Shown piece after piece: positions 29,601-39,130 of a DNA stretch of 64,000 bases. The stretch covers positions 690-64,689 of the forward strand of contig JBBIPP010000008.1 in NCBI GenBank assembly GCA_037442745.1. The letters run 5' to 3'. This DNA comes from an archaeon. GTDB taxonomy: Archaea > SpSt-1190 > DYHY01. The notes under the pieces are model-generated. The model was not told where the DNA came from and made no database searches. It saw only the letters and a program-made list of their open reading frames with translations. Position 1 is the first letter of the stretch; each line of letters starts with the position of its first letter. The position numbers and the translations under genes are program-made.

Positions 29601-32319
29601 ATGTCTCTCTCTCTCACAAAATCAGGAGAAGGAAGCCTCCAAACAGCAAATAGTCGAGCTAATTTCTGACTACCGGAAAGAATTTCCGAATGGGCCCCCT
29701 CGGACGCTAAACGAGGAGAGAACGAAGGACTGGATTGACGAGCTTTTCCGCTATCTTGGATGGAACATCAGAAAAGAAGGCAACAAGGAGGAAAAGTCCG
29801 GAAACCAAAAAAGGGTTGATTATGCTTTCAAAATAAACGGCGTAACCCAATTCTTATTGGAAGCAAAAAAGCCGAGCGAAGCCCTAGATGTCCACGCTAA
29901 ACAGGCCTTGGAATACGGATACCAAAACAGCGTTCCCTGGGTCGTTCTTACGAATTTTGAGGAAATCCGGGTTTACAACTCCCAGTATTTCGACAAGGCC
30001 GAAGAAGTCAGACGGCTTTTCAAGCCAATACTCCTCTCCGAAATTCCCGATAGGTTTGAGGACTTGTGGCTTTTTTCAAAACCAGCTTTCCTAGAACGAC
30101 AAATAGACAAGGTTGCCGAGAAATACGGGAAAGTAAAGCCAAAGGAGCCGATAACGAACCTTCTGGCAAAGGATTTAGGGAATTGGCGGACCCTTTTGAC
30201 GAAAAGCATTAGTGAGAGGAAAAAGGAGAACAATCTCCCCGAGAAGCAAGAAGATGCCGAGCTTTTCATTGACGAATGCGTCCAGAGGATTCTTGACAGG
30301 CTCCTTTTCCTGCGAGTTGCGGAAGACCGAGGGTTCGAGGAGGCAATACTCGGCCAGACCCTTCGGAAGTGGGAAGATGAGGGGAAAAAGAGGCTTTTTG
30401 AATATCTCTCGGAAGCTTTTAGGAGAGCTGACGATACCTATAACAGCGGGCTTTTCCAGCCCCACGAATCCGAGAAACTGGAGATAGCCGACAGCGCGCT
30501 TGAAAAAGTCATACGGGAGAGCTACAACAGCCCGAACGGCCTGAAATACAATTTTTCCGCAATAAATGCCGACATTCTTGGAAGCGTTTATGAGCAATAT
30601 CTCTCAATTCTTCTAAAAAAGACCGCCAAAGGAGTAAAGCTAAAGGAGAACCAAGCGCACAGAAAGGAACAGGGGATTTACTATACCCCGACATATATTG
30701 TCGATTATATTGTCAGAAACACTCTCGGAGAGACCCTCAAGGGACGAAGCGTCCAAGAAGCCGATGAGATAAAAGTCCTGGACATGGCCTGCGGAAGTGG
30801 ATCATTTCTTCTGAAAGCATTCGACGTGCTCGAGGAATATCACTCGGAAAAGGACGCAAGCGGGGAAAAACAGGCAAGGCTCGATTTCTCCGAAGCGGAC
30901 GCGAAAACAACGGCAAAGAGGAGGATACTCGAAAACAACATTTATGGCGTTGACCTAGACGAAAAAGCGGTTGAGATTGCCCAGTTGAATCTTCTTCTCA
31001 GGATGGCGGAGAAAAAGGGAAAATTGCCCATTCTCAGAAACAACGTCCAGCACGGGAACTCCCTCATTGACGACAAGGAAGTTTCCAAAGAGGCGTTCGA
31101 ATGGGAGGCGAGATTTCCTAGAATAATAAGGTTCGATTCCGAGAGGAAACTTGCCGATGGCGCAGGGTTCGATGTGATAATAGGAAATCCTCCTTATGGG
31201 GTTGAATTTAGCGAGACTGATAGCTCTTTTCTGAAATCAACATATTCGACTTGCTATGGGAAAGTAAATTCATACCGACTTTTTGTGGAGAATGCTATTC
31301 GTTTGCTCAAACGAGACGGGTTTCTCGGATACATAATACCTAACACCTGGTTGTCAGATAATGACTCCAGCAAATTAAGGCGTCTGCTGTTAGAAACTGT
31401 CAGAATAGACAAAATAGTTATTCTCCCAGAGAGTTTAGATGTTTTCGAAGGAGTTACGCAAGCCACAACAATATTGATTATCAAAAAACAGTCAGGAAAA
31501 GAAAGTAATATATCCTTTTTTTATGAAAAAGAGAAGCGATCTGCGGGGAAACATTTTTTAGGAAAGATATCGCAGAAGGCATTCGCTAAAACACAAGACA
31601 ACAAAATAATTTCAAACCCTTTGATTCTTAAAATACTAGAAAAGATTGAACACGTAGGCACTTCTAGATTAGATAACTTTTTTAGAATAAATCAAGGGGA
31701 AGTAAATCTCACGGTTTTTAAAAAAGCCTTAGGAACAGAGCCGGGAAACGGAATAAATCTTCTTCTGAGAGGAACGGATATTTTCAGATATGGTTACACG
31801 AAGAATTTCTCAAAGGAGGGATATGTAGAAGTAGCCAAGATAAGACGTAACGATTCCGATAAAGAGCGAATTGTTGTGCAGGAGGTTTCAAACATGCAGC
31901 AAACTAGGAGACTGAAAGGTTGCTTAATCGGCACAAGGATAAATTGTGCGCATACTTGCAATTATCTGTATTTGAAGAAAAAAGACGAACCGCAAGAGTT
32001 CTTCCTAGCTTTGATAAATTCCAAACTTCTCGATTTTTATTTTAAATCATATAGCAGTACGAATCACATAAGTGGGGTGGAACTTAGAGCCCTTCCGATA
32101 AAAATTGCCTCTCCAGAAGTACAATCTACAATTATCAAACTAGTAAGCAAAATCCTTGCTCTAAACAAAAAACTGCCCGGCCTAAAGCAGACGAACGAAC
32201 GACAGAAAATAGAGGACGAGATAACGAGAGTCGATGCCGAGATAGACTGCCTCGTATATTCCCTTTACGGCCTGACTGACGAAGAAATCCGCCTTGTCGA
32301 GGAATCCTTCTCGAAATAG
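29601..32319 (+). CDS. Type IIG (MmeI-like) fused restriction endonuclease / N6-adenine methyltransferase, with an out-of-frame 5' end
   Basis: An open frame extends from 29596 with no ATG/GTG/TTG before the TTG at 29857. It encodes an N-terminal PD-(D/E)xK module ('VDYAFKINGVTQFLLEAKK'), followed by a gamma-class MTase ('DMACGSGSFLL', 'IIGNPPYG') and a C-terminal TRD. The ATG at 29601 is in a different frame. One extra TC unit would join ATG 'MSLSLSQNQEKEAS...' to this frame, giving ~906 aa. Confidence 0.7.
29604..29615 (+). repeat. (TC)6 dinucleotide simple-sequence repeat immediately after the ATG of the Type IIG RM gene
   Basis: 'atg tctctctctctc acaaaatcagg' read directly from the sequence. 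Confidence 0.95.
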
Positions 32320-32372
32320 CGGAAAGGCGAACCATCCGAATGGTTAAGCCTGAAACGTTCTCTAGGAAATAA

Positions 32373-32789
32373 ATGCCCCTTGAAAAGACTAAACCTTCTT
32401 TCGAGACTCTCCTGACTGACCTCATTTTGGCGCTCCACCATGTTGCAGTAGACGAGCCCCTGGGAATCCGGGACCAAGGAACATTGGATTTTATTGTAAA
32501 ATCTGCATGCGAAACGGAAGGCTCAAACCTAGACCTTGCGGCCAATCTGCTTTTCAACATAGCCACAAGACATCCGTTTTTTGACGGGAACAAAAGGACC
32601 GCAACACTATCTGCCCTTACAATCCTGCTCTCAGGGAATCTTTCAGAACCGACACAAGATGCGCTTGCGGAATTCTTAAAGCTAAAGGCCGAAAACGAGT
32701 ATGAAAAGTTCATTCTGGATGTTGCAAAATACAGCAAGACAGAAAGCCAAGTAAGAGACTATTTGAAAAGGAGGTTTAATAAGGAATGA
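32373..32789 (+). CDS. Doc/Fic-family toxin-like protein
   Basis: Fic/Doc active-site motif 'HPFFDGNKRTA'. 138 aa. Begins 53 bp after the RM gene. Confidence 0.75.
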   Translation: MPLEKTKPSFETLLTDLILALHHVAVDEPLGIRDQGTLDFIVKSACETEGSNLDLAANLLFNIATRHPFFDGNKRTATLSALTILLSGNLSEPTQDALAEFLKLKAENEYEKFILDVAKYSKTESQVRDYLKRRFNKE

Positions 32790-32962
32790 CTTCCCAAGAA
32801 ATACGTGCCATGCCAAAGAAGACAGGCAAAGATTCCTTCCGCAGAATGCTCGAAGTTCGTCTTGAAAAGGAAAGCCCATCTCAAATAACTAAAAGCATTT
32901 CTGAACAGGCCGAACGGATAAAGAAAGCCAACAAGCGCCTCTTCGACCGTCTGGCAAAGCTC
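32786..32962 (+). CDS. small ORF (58 aa) translationally coupled to Doc via ATGA overlap
   Basis: 'ggaATGAcu': its ATG overlaps the Doc TGA. Basic/helical peptide 'MTSQEIRAMPKKTGKDSFRRMLEVRLEKESPSQITKSISEQAERIKKANKRLFDRLAKL'. Below the 60-aa cutoff of the ORF track. Confidence 0.35.
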
Positions 32963-32977
32963 TGAGTCTGCCCTGAA

Positions 32978-34270
32978 CTATTTTTCCGCCGGTTTGAGTT
33001 CAGTCTTCCCGCCCATATATGGCCAGAGCGCCTTGGGAAGCTTAACCGTGCCCTCCTGAGTCTGGAAATTCTCGACAATTGCAACAATAACCCTTGTTGT
33101 TGCAATTGCGGTGGAGTTCAATGTGTGTATATATTCCGCCGGGAGGCCGTGCGCTTTCCTCGACTTTATGCTCAGGCGGACTGCTTGGTAGCTAGTGCAG
33201 TTGGAACCTGAGACCATTTCCCGGTATTTTCCCTGAACAGGCATCCACGCCTCCAAATCGTATTTCTTCGAGGCGACAATCCCAATGTCCCCTGTGCAGA
33301 TATTCACAATCCTGTAGGGAATTTCCAGCTTTTGGAAAATTTCCTCAGCGTTCGCGATTATTTCCTCGTGGAAAGCCCATGAATCCTCCGGCTTGCAGAA
33401 AACGAACTGCTCAATTTTGTTGAACTGGTGCACCCGGAAAATCCCTTTCGTGTCCTTGCCATGACTTCCGGCCTCCCTCCTAAAGCAGGGCGAAATTCCG
33501 GCGATTTTCAGTGGAAGGTCCTCGTCAAGCAAAGTCTCGTTCATCAGCATCCCCCCAATCGGGTGCTCGCTAGTTGCAATAAGGTAGGAGTCCTCTCCAT
33601 CAATTTTGTAGAGAGTGTCCTCGAAATCCCCAAGCGACGTTACCCCCATATAAGCCTCCTTTCCCATAATGTAGGGTGGGTTCACAATAGTGAACCCCTT
33701 CTTCACGAGAATGTCCACAGCAAACCTCTGGAGAGCCATGTCAAGGAGAACGAGGTCCCCTTTCAAAAAGTAAAAGCGGGAGCCGGAGACTTTCGCCGCC
33801 CTTTCAAGGTCAAGGAGGCCGAGGGAAAGCAGCAACTCTTCGTGCCCCTTCGGCTCGAACGGAAGGGGCTTTGCTTCCCCCCATGTCCTGACAGTGATGT
33901 TTTCAGAGTCGTCCTTTCCATATGGCACTGACTCGTGGAGAATGTTCGGGAGCCTTAGGAGCGCCTGCCCAATCTCATCCTTTAGGGAAGATAGCTCATC
34001 CTCAATTTCCTTCAGTTCGGACGGGATTTCCTTGCTTCGGGAAACGGTTTCCGGAGAAGGGTATTTTCCCGTCTTTTTCGCTCCGGAAATCTCGGCAGTT
34101 ATCCTGTTCCTCTCTGCCCGGAGGCTTTCCACCTTGGAATTCAGTTCCCTAAAGAGCTTTTCATTCCCAATTGTCTTCTCGAGAAGGGAGAGCATCTTGT
34201 GGTCGGAGCCCCTCTTCTCCAAATCTCTCCTGACTACGTCCGGATTCTCCCTCAAGAACCTGATATCGAG
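32978..34270 (-). CDS. serS: seryl-tRNA synthetase
   Basis: N-terminal coiled coil 'MLDIRFLRENPDVVR...' and class II motifs ('FRREAGSHGKDTKGIFRVHQF'). Confidence 0.85.
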   Translation of the reverse strand, partial: LDIRFLRENPDVVRRDLEKRGSDHKMLSLLEKTIGNEKLFRELNSKVESLRAERNRITAEISGAKKTGKYPSPETVSRSKEIPSELKEIEDELSSLKDEIGQALLRLPNILHESVPYGKDDSENITVRTWGEAKPLPFEPKGHEELLLSLGLLDLERAAKVSGSRFYFLKGDLVLLDMALQRFAVDILVKKGFTIVNPPYIMGKEAYMGVTSLGDFEDTLYKIDGEDSYLIATSEHPIGGMLMNETLLDEDLPLKIAGISPCFRREAGSHGKDTKGIFRVHQFNKIEQFVFCKPEDSWAFHEEIIANAEEIFQKLEIPYRIVNICTGDIGIVASKKYDLEAWMPVQGKYREMVSGSNCTSYQAVRLSIKSRKAHGLPAEYIHTLNSTAIATTRVIVAIVENFQTQEGTVKLPKALWPYMGGKTELKPAEK

Positions 34271-34327
34271 CATATTCGCCGGAAAATCCGACAGACTAAT
34301 AAATGTTACCAAAAGCGTCCCCTTCGA

Positions 34328-34732
34328 ATGGACTCGCTCTTCCCAAGAAGGCTCTTATCACATTTCCTCGATCTCTTTGTCCTCTCGTTCCTAGTGTCAT
34401 TCCCGATAGCGTTCTTCCTCAAGGTTCCAGAGCAAGGGGTTTTCTCACTTGCGGTCACGGCCTACACATCCCTTGCAGGAGTCCTCTACTGGACGCTGTC
34501 GGACTTTTTCATTGGCGCAAGCATTGGAAAGGCAATTTTTCGGCTGAGAACAATTTCAACAATCCGGAACTGTTCCCCAAACATTGTTCAGGCGGCAATC
34601 CGAAACATTGCGAAACTAGCCATTCCCCTCCTCATCTTAGACACCCTCCCACTAATTTTCGGAAAGGGCAAAGGAGGCCTTAGATATTCGGAGAGATTGG
34701 CAAAGACAAAAGTGACTGACTGGAAGGAATGA
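34328..34732 (+). CDS. RDD-family membrane protein
   Basis: Three TM helices, with internal start 'MDSLFPRRLLSHFLDLFVL'. Confidence 0.4.
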   Translation: MDSLFPRRLLSHFLDLFVLSFLVSFPIAFFLKVPEQGVFSLAVTAYTSLAGVLYWTLSDFFIGASIGKAIFRLRTISTIRNCSPNIVQAAIRNIAKLAIPLLILDTLPLIFGKGKGGLRYSERLAKTKVTDWKE

Positions 34733-34735
34733 AAA

Positions 34736-35644
34736 ATGGCAATAATACTGAAGAGAAAACTGCTGAAACTTTCCCTGCTCGCCCTGTTTACTTTCTCCGT
34801 AACCCTGCTTTTCGCGCTTTTGGCAAAGAACATAGACACAATATCGAGCCCGAGGGAAATAGTGCTTGTCCGGCTTGAAGGGACAATAGGAAATGCCGGC
34901 TGGCCTTCAAGCGACGTGGCAATTGACAAAAACAAGGTGCTTGCTCTCGCAAAGGAGTTAGGAGACGATCCTCTGGTTGCCGGCGCGGTAATTGAGATAT
35001 CCTCGCCAGGAGGGGACGCGGCATCAACGCAGGAAGTGGCGGAGAGCCTGAAATCCCTTTCCGGAAAAAAGCCGATAGTTACTTTCACAACAGATATTGC
35101 TACGTCAGGGGGATACTGGCTCTATGCCACAGGCAACAAGACAGTTGCCGCGCCCCTCTCAATTGTCGGGTCAATCGGCGTCTTGTCCCAGTCAATTGAC
35201 GCATCAGGGCTCCTTGAGAAAATAGGTGTCAATTTCACCACAATCAAAGCCGGAAAATACAAGGATGCTGGGAGCTTTTCAAGGCAGATGACTGAGGAAG
35301 AGGCGTCCCAGTTCCAGGAGCTAGTTGACAAGGTTCACGAAGAGTTCGTCTCAGACATCTCAGAGCTTCGGGGAATTCCAAAAGAGGCTCTCTACAACCT
35401 GTCAGAAGGCCAGATTTTCCTCGGGAAAGACGCGGTCACGTTCGGCCTGGCAGACGAGGTTGGGTTCGAGGACAACGCAGTTGAATTGGCAAAGGAGATT
35501 GCCTCCTGCGAATCCTGCATTGTTACAGAAGTTTCCCTTTCCACCGGATGGGAGCGGATGATAAGCGGAATTTTCTCAGGGATTGGTAGATCATTTGGAA
35601 CAGGGCTTGTCTCGGGGATTTTCGAGGAAAGGAAGCAGGTATAA
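34736..35644 (+). CDS. sppA: signal peptide peptidase SppA (S49 family)
   Basis: N-terminal TM segment and 'IEISSPGGDAASTQEV' / 'TSGGYWLYATGN' blocks typical of the ClpP/crotonase-fold S49 family. Confidence 0.7.
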   Translation: MAIILKRKLLKLSLLALFTFSVTLLFALLAKNIDTISSPREIVLVRLEGTIGNAGWPSSDVAIDKNKVLALAKELGDDPLVAGAVIEISSPGGDAASTQEVAESLKSLSGKKPIVTFTTDIATSGGYWLYATGNKTVAAPLSIVGSIGVLSQSIDASGLLEKIGVNFTTIKAGKYKDAGSFSRQMTEEEASQFQELVDKVHEEFVSDISELRGIPKEALYNLSEGQIFLGKDAVTFGLADEVGFEDNAVELAKEIASCESCIVTEVSLSTGWERMISGIFSGIGRSFGTGLVSGIFEERKQV

Positions 35645-35687
35645 AAAGAGTACCAAGTTTTTTAAACTTACACGCCGTTCTCCTCAA

Positions 35688-36293
35688 ATGGAAGAGAAAA
35701 AACAGAATCATTCGGTAAAGCCACTCGGATTCGGGACTCTCAAGGGGATATCGGAGAAAACCAACCAAATACACCACGGGAAACTCTATACCGGCTATGT
35801 AAACAAGAGGAACGAGATTGAATTGGCTCTTTCGGTTGCCGACAAGTCGAAAGCGAACGCGACCCACTCGGAATTCGGAGAGCTGAAACGCCAGGAGACA
35901 TTCGCCGCGAACGGCCAGATTCTTCACGAGATTTTCTTCGGGATTCTAGGGGGGGACGGCGTGCCCAACAGCAATGTCCTCAAAATGATTGAGCGGGATT
36001 TCGGGTCTTTTGAGAATTGGAAGGCCGAGTTCATTGCATGCGGCATGTCCGCTCGGGGCTGGGCAATACTTGCGTTCGACCCGTCAGACGGAAGGCTCCA
36101 TAACTATACCGGGGACGCTCACAACCAGGGAGGGGTCTGGGGGGCAATACCCCTGATAGCCTTGGATGTCTATGAACACGCCTATTTCATTGATTTCGGG
36201 AGCGACCGGAAAGCCTATATTGAGAGCTATTTTTCAAACCTCGATTGGGGAAAAATAAACGCAATTGCCAGGAGAGCCAAGCTGACTGAATAG
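35688..36293 (+). CDS. sod: Fe/Mn superoxide dismutase
   Basis: 'HHGKLYTGYVNK', '...WGAIPLIALDVYEHAYFIDF', '...DWGKIN'. Confidence 0.85.
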   Translation: MEEKKQNHSVKPLGFGTLKGISEKTNQIHHGKLYTGYVNKRNEIELALSVADKSKANATHSEFGELKRQETFAANGQILHEIFFGILGGDGVPNSNVLKMIERDFGSFENWKAEFIACGMSARGWAILAFDPSDGRLHNYTGDAHNQGGVWGAIPLIALDVYEHAYFIDFGSDRKAYIESYFSNLDWGKINAIARRAKLTE

Positions 36294-36302
36294 GAAATTC
36301 CA

Positions 36303-36836
36303 CTATTTCTTCACAGAAATCCCGCCGAGAAGCCAGAGGACCGAATATCCCACGAAAACCTGTATAAGGAGGCCCGGCCAGCCAATTGCAAAGTCAGAGA
36401 GCGCCTTTAGGAAGTTTCCGTATAATGCCGTCTCAAACAATATCCCGACAGTCTGGCTCATGAACACCACAAGAACAAGATTCGCAATTGAGAGCTTCCT
36501 TGTGCCGTAGGAGATCAGGTATGCGAAAATTGCCAAGACGATGCCCTTGACAAGAATTATCGGGAGAATCTGGGCGGGAGGCATTCCTGTGAGGAAAGTG
36601 TTCGCAAGGGGGGAAATTGTCGCAGTCATCAGTCCTGCTTTCAGGCCGAACTTGTACGAAGCAATCAGGACGAAGAGATAAATCGGGAGGAACTTCGGGC
36701 CCCCTTGGGGAATTGTGTGGACGAGCCAGGGGAAAATTATGTTCCCCAAAACCATCAGGGAAGTGAAAACGTAAAGGGAGGTGTCTGAAAACCCGAGTTC
36801 AAGAGGAAAATGGAAATGCTTTTTGTTCTCAACCAT
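36303..36836 (-). CDS. small polytopic membrane protein (ECF-transporter S-component-like)
   Basis: 177 aa with five to six TM helices. Family assignment is tentative. Confidence 0.35.
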   Translation of the reverse strand: MVENKKHFHFPLELGFSDTSLYVFTSLMVLGNIIFPWLVHTIPQGGPKFLPIYLFVLIASYKFGLKAGLMTATISPLANTFLTGMPPAQILPIILVKGIVLAIFAYLISYGTRKLSIANLVLVVFMSQTVGILFETALYGNFLKALSDFAIGWPGLLIQVFVGYSVLWLLGGISVKK

Positions 36837-36865
36837 TTTTCTAATATCCCAGAAAAGCCAGCCCT

Positions 36866-37156
36866 TCAGACATCAGTTCCTTTTTCAATTTTTACGTCCC
36901 CGTTCACCTTGCACTGGCAGGCAAGCCTCTGGTTTTCCTTTGCCCCGAACATTATCAGGGAATCCTTCTCCCCTTCCTCGGGATGGGAGAGGTTCTCCGC
37001 CCCGGAAAGGACGTTTATTATGCAAGTTCCGCACACTCCGGCCTCGCACCCGAAAACAATTTTCGAATCGCTCTTCTTGCACACATTTATCAGGGGTTCG
37101 CCGGCCTCGGCTTCAACAGTTTTTCCCGAATTGTCCACGAATTCCACTTTTGGCAT
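36866..37156 (-). CDS. 2Fe-2S ferredoxin
   Basis: Cys ligand pattern 'CEAGVCGTC...C' in 96 aa. Confidence 0.7.
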   Translation of the reverse strand: MPKVEFVDNSGKTVEAEAGEPLINVCKKSDSKIVFGCEAGVCGTCIINVLSGAENLSHPEEGEKDSLIMFGAKENQRLACQCKVNGDVKIEKGTDV

Positions 37157-37934
37157 TTTTCGGGAATTCCCGGTTTTCCCTATTTAATCCTTGCCCAAGC
37201 CCCTCCTCAATTGAGAGAATGTCCTCCAGCCTTGCCCCGGTTGCCGGGTGTTTCGGCCCGAGAACACAGCAGGCCTCAGGGCCCCTCGAGAGTTCAAGCG
37301 TCCCGAATTTCCTTGCAAGGGAAATTGTCTCCTCCTTGTCCATCGAAATCAGGGGCCGAATTACCGGAAGGTCTGTTGCTGAATCGACGACCGAGAGGTT
37401 TGTCAAAGTCTGGCTCGACACCTGGCCAACCGAATCCCCGGTAATAAGAGCGGGAATTCCGCGAATTCTTGCGAATTTTCCGGCTCTCCTCAGGAAAAGG
37501 CGCTTTTGGAGAACGAAATAGAGGGCGTATTTCCCGGAATTGGCAAGGCGCTCAAGATCCTTTGAAATGTTCTCAGTGTGCAAAGGCATTCCAATGAATT
37601 CCGCCAACTTTTCGCACCTGACTCGGGTGTCCGGGCCAACGAGGGGCTCTGATGAGAAATGGATTGCGGAAACTTCGAGGCCAGCTCTCTTTGCAAGAAT
37701 TCCCGCGACCGGGGAATCTATTCCACCAGATAGGAGGAGAAGCGCCCGCCTAGCCATTCTTCCCACTCCCCAAGATTCTTTCGCAGAGCGAGGCGACATC
37801 CCCAGCAGTTTGCGCGAAATTCTTTGCGCCAGCGCAAGAGAACGCCTCCTTGTAACGATATCCCCAAAGGACCGCAATTGAATGAACCTCTGCGCTTTTC
37901 GCGTCAAGAATGTCGCCCGAGGTGTCTCCGACAT
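37113..37934 (-). CDS. PP-loop ATPase, ThiI-like tRNA sulfurtransferase C-terminal domain
   Basis: 'LLLSGGIDSPVAG' PP-loop. Start uncertain; the track ORF overlaps the upstream HAD gene by ~185 nt. Confidence 0.5.
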   Translation of the reverse strand: MSETPRATFLTRKAQRFIQLRSFGDIVTRRRSLALAQRISRKLLGMSPRSAKESWGVGRMARRALLLLSGGIDSPVAGILAKRAGLEVSAIHFSSEPLVGPDTRVRCEKLAEFIGMPLHTENISKDLERLANSGKYALYFVLQKRLFLRRAGKFARIRGIPALITGDSVGQVSSQTLTNLSVVDSATDLPVIRPLISMDKEETISLARKFGTLELSRGPEACCVLGPKHPATGARLEDILSIEEGLGQGLNRENREFPKNAKSGIRGQFGKNC

Positions 37935-38403
37935 ATAAACAATCCTCGGGCGAGAACCCCCCGCAGGAGAAGACTTTTCTTATTTTCTCAAGCTTCGATT
38001 TCCCTTTTTCAACCACAAATATTCCTAAGCAGTCGAGCACGCCCGCATCCAAGAGAGTCCTTCTGATGAATTCCCAGTTCGCCGCGCTCACAATGTAGAG
38101 GGAAAACCCCTTTTCAGATAATCCCCCAAGAAGCTCCACAATTCCCGGAAAAATGTAAGGGAGTTGAGTCATTTTCGCTTTGCCGAAATTCACCGAGAAC
38201 TCTGAGAGCTTTCTTTTGTCCCGAAGAGAAGGGAACCTTTTCTGAAGGTTCTCATTGAAGGGGCCTGAGAAAATGGAGAGGAATTCCTCGTTTTCGGCAA
38301 GTCCGGAGCTTGCAAGAGAGGAGGAGAGGGCTGAGAGGACAACCCATTCCGTATTGGCAAGAGTCCCCCCGAAATCGAACAGAACCGCCCACTTTCCTTC
38401 CAT
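37750..38403 (-). CDS. HAD-superfamily hydrolase
   Basis: Motif I 'LFDFGGTL'. 217 aa. Confidence 0.6.
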   Translation of the reverse strand: MEGKWAVLFDFGGTLANTEWVVLSALSSSLASSGLAENEEFLSIFSGPFNENLQKRFPSLRDKRKLSEFSVNFGKAKMTQLPYIFPGIVELLGGLSEKGFSLYIVSAANWEFIRRTLLDAGVLDCLGIFVVEKGKSKLEKIRKVFSCGGFSPEDCLYVGDTSGDILDAKSAEVHSIAVLWGYRYKEAFSCAGAKNFAQTAGDVASLCERILGSGKNG

Positions 38404-38457
38404 TGCCGATTTTCCTCTTCCGACCTCTTTTAAAAACCGGGGTTTCTTCCCAAAAGG

Positions 38458-39105
38458 ATGAAAATCCGGGGGGCAATATTCGACCTCGACGGAACCGTTT
38501 TCAATTCAGTCGGGACAACATCCTCCCTGCTTTCAAGGGTTCTCTCCGACTTTTTGGAGAGGCAAGTCCCACCAATCGAGGCCGTCCAGATTCTCGGGAA
38601 ATCCCCTGAGGAGATTGGGGAGCATTTCGGACTCTCCGGAGAAAAAAAGGCGCTCTTCAAGAAGACTCTTCCGGAGAGGTTCCTCGCCGAAATCAGGGGT
38701 TTCCCGCTTTTTCCGGGAACAGCTGAGACATTGGGTTTCCTCTCAGGCAAGGGGATTGCAATAGGCGCAGTCTCCGGAGCGCCCGAACGGAACATGAGGA
38801 TTTTTCTCGAGCGCGCAGGGATAATTGGAAATTTCCTCTCAATAAAATCGGCCGAGGATTTTCCCGGAGGGAAGATGTCGGGCGCACCCTTCAAATCGAC
38901 CTGCGAGGAGCTTGGCGCTCTTCCGGCGGAGACAATTTGCCTCGGGGACGCCCCGATTGACGCAATTGGAGCAAGAAAAGCCGGGTGCGTTCCATTGGGC
39001 GTTCTTTCCGGGAGCGGGAAAAGGGCGGAACTCGAGGAAATTGCCGAGACAATTGATTCAATATCGGAACTTCCCAGCTATCTCCAAAGAAAAGGGCTTA
39101 TTTAG
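38458..39105 (+). CDS. HAD-superfamily hydrolase (beta-phosphoglucomutase-like)
   Basis: Motif I 'IFDLDGTV', motif IV 'LGDAPIDAIGARKAG'. Confidence 0.65.
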   Translation: MKIRGAIFDLDGTVFNSVGTTSSLLSRVLSDFLERQVPPIEAVQILGKSPEEIGEHFGLSGEKKALFKKTLPERFLAEIRGFPLFPGTAETLGFLSGKGIAIGAVSGAPERNMRIFLERAGIIGNFLSIKSAEDFPGGKMSGAPFKSTCEELGALPAETICLGDAPIDAIGARKAGCVPLGVLSGSGKRAELEEIAETIDSISELPSYLQRKGLI

Positions 39106-39130
39106 TGGATACTGCTGTTCCTCTCCCCCA

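Noticed and set aside
29276-29653. 125-aa plus-strand ORF upstream of the RM gene
   Set aside because: Its translation is low-complexity. It overlaps the convergent 65-aa ORF, and its 3' end is merely the alternative frame through the (TC)6 tract of the RM gene start.
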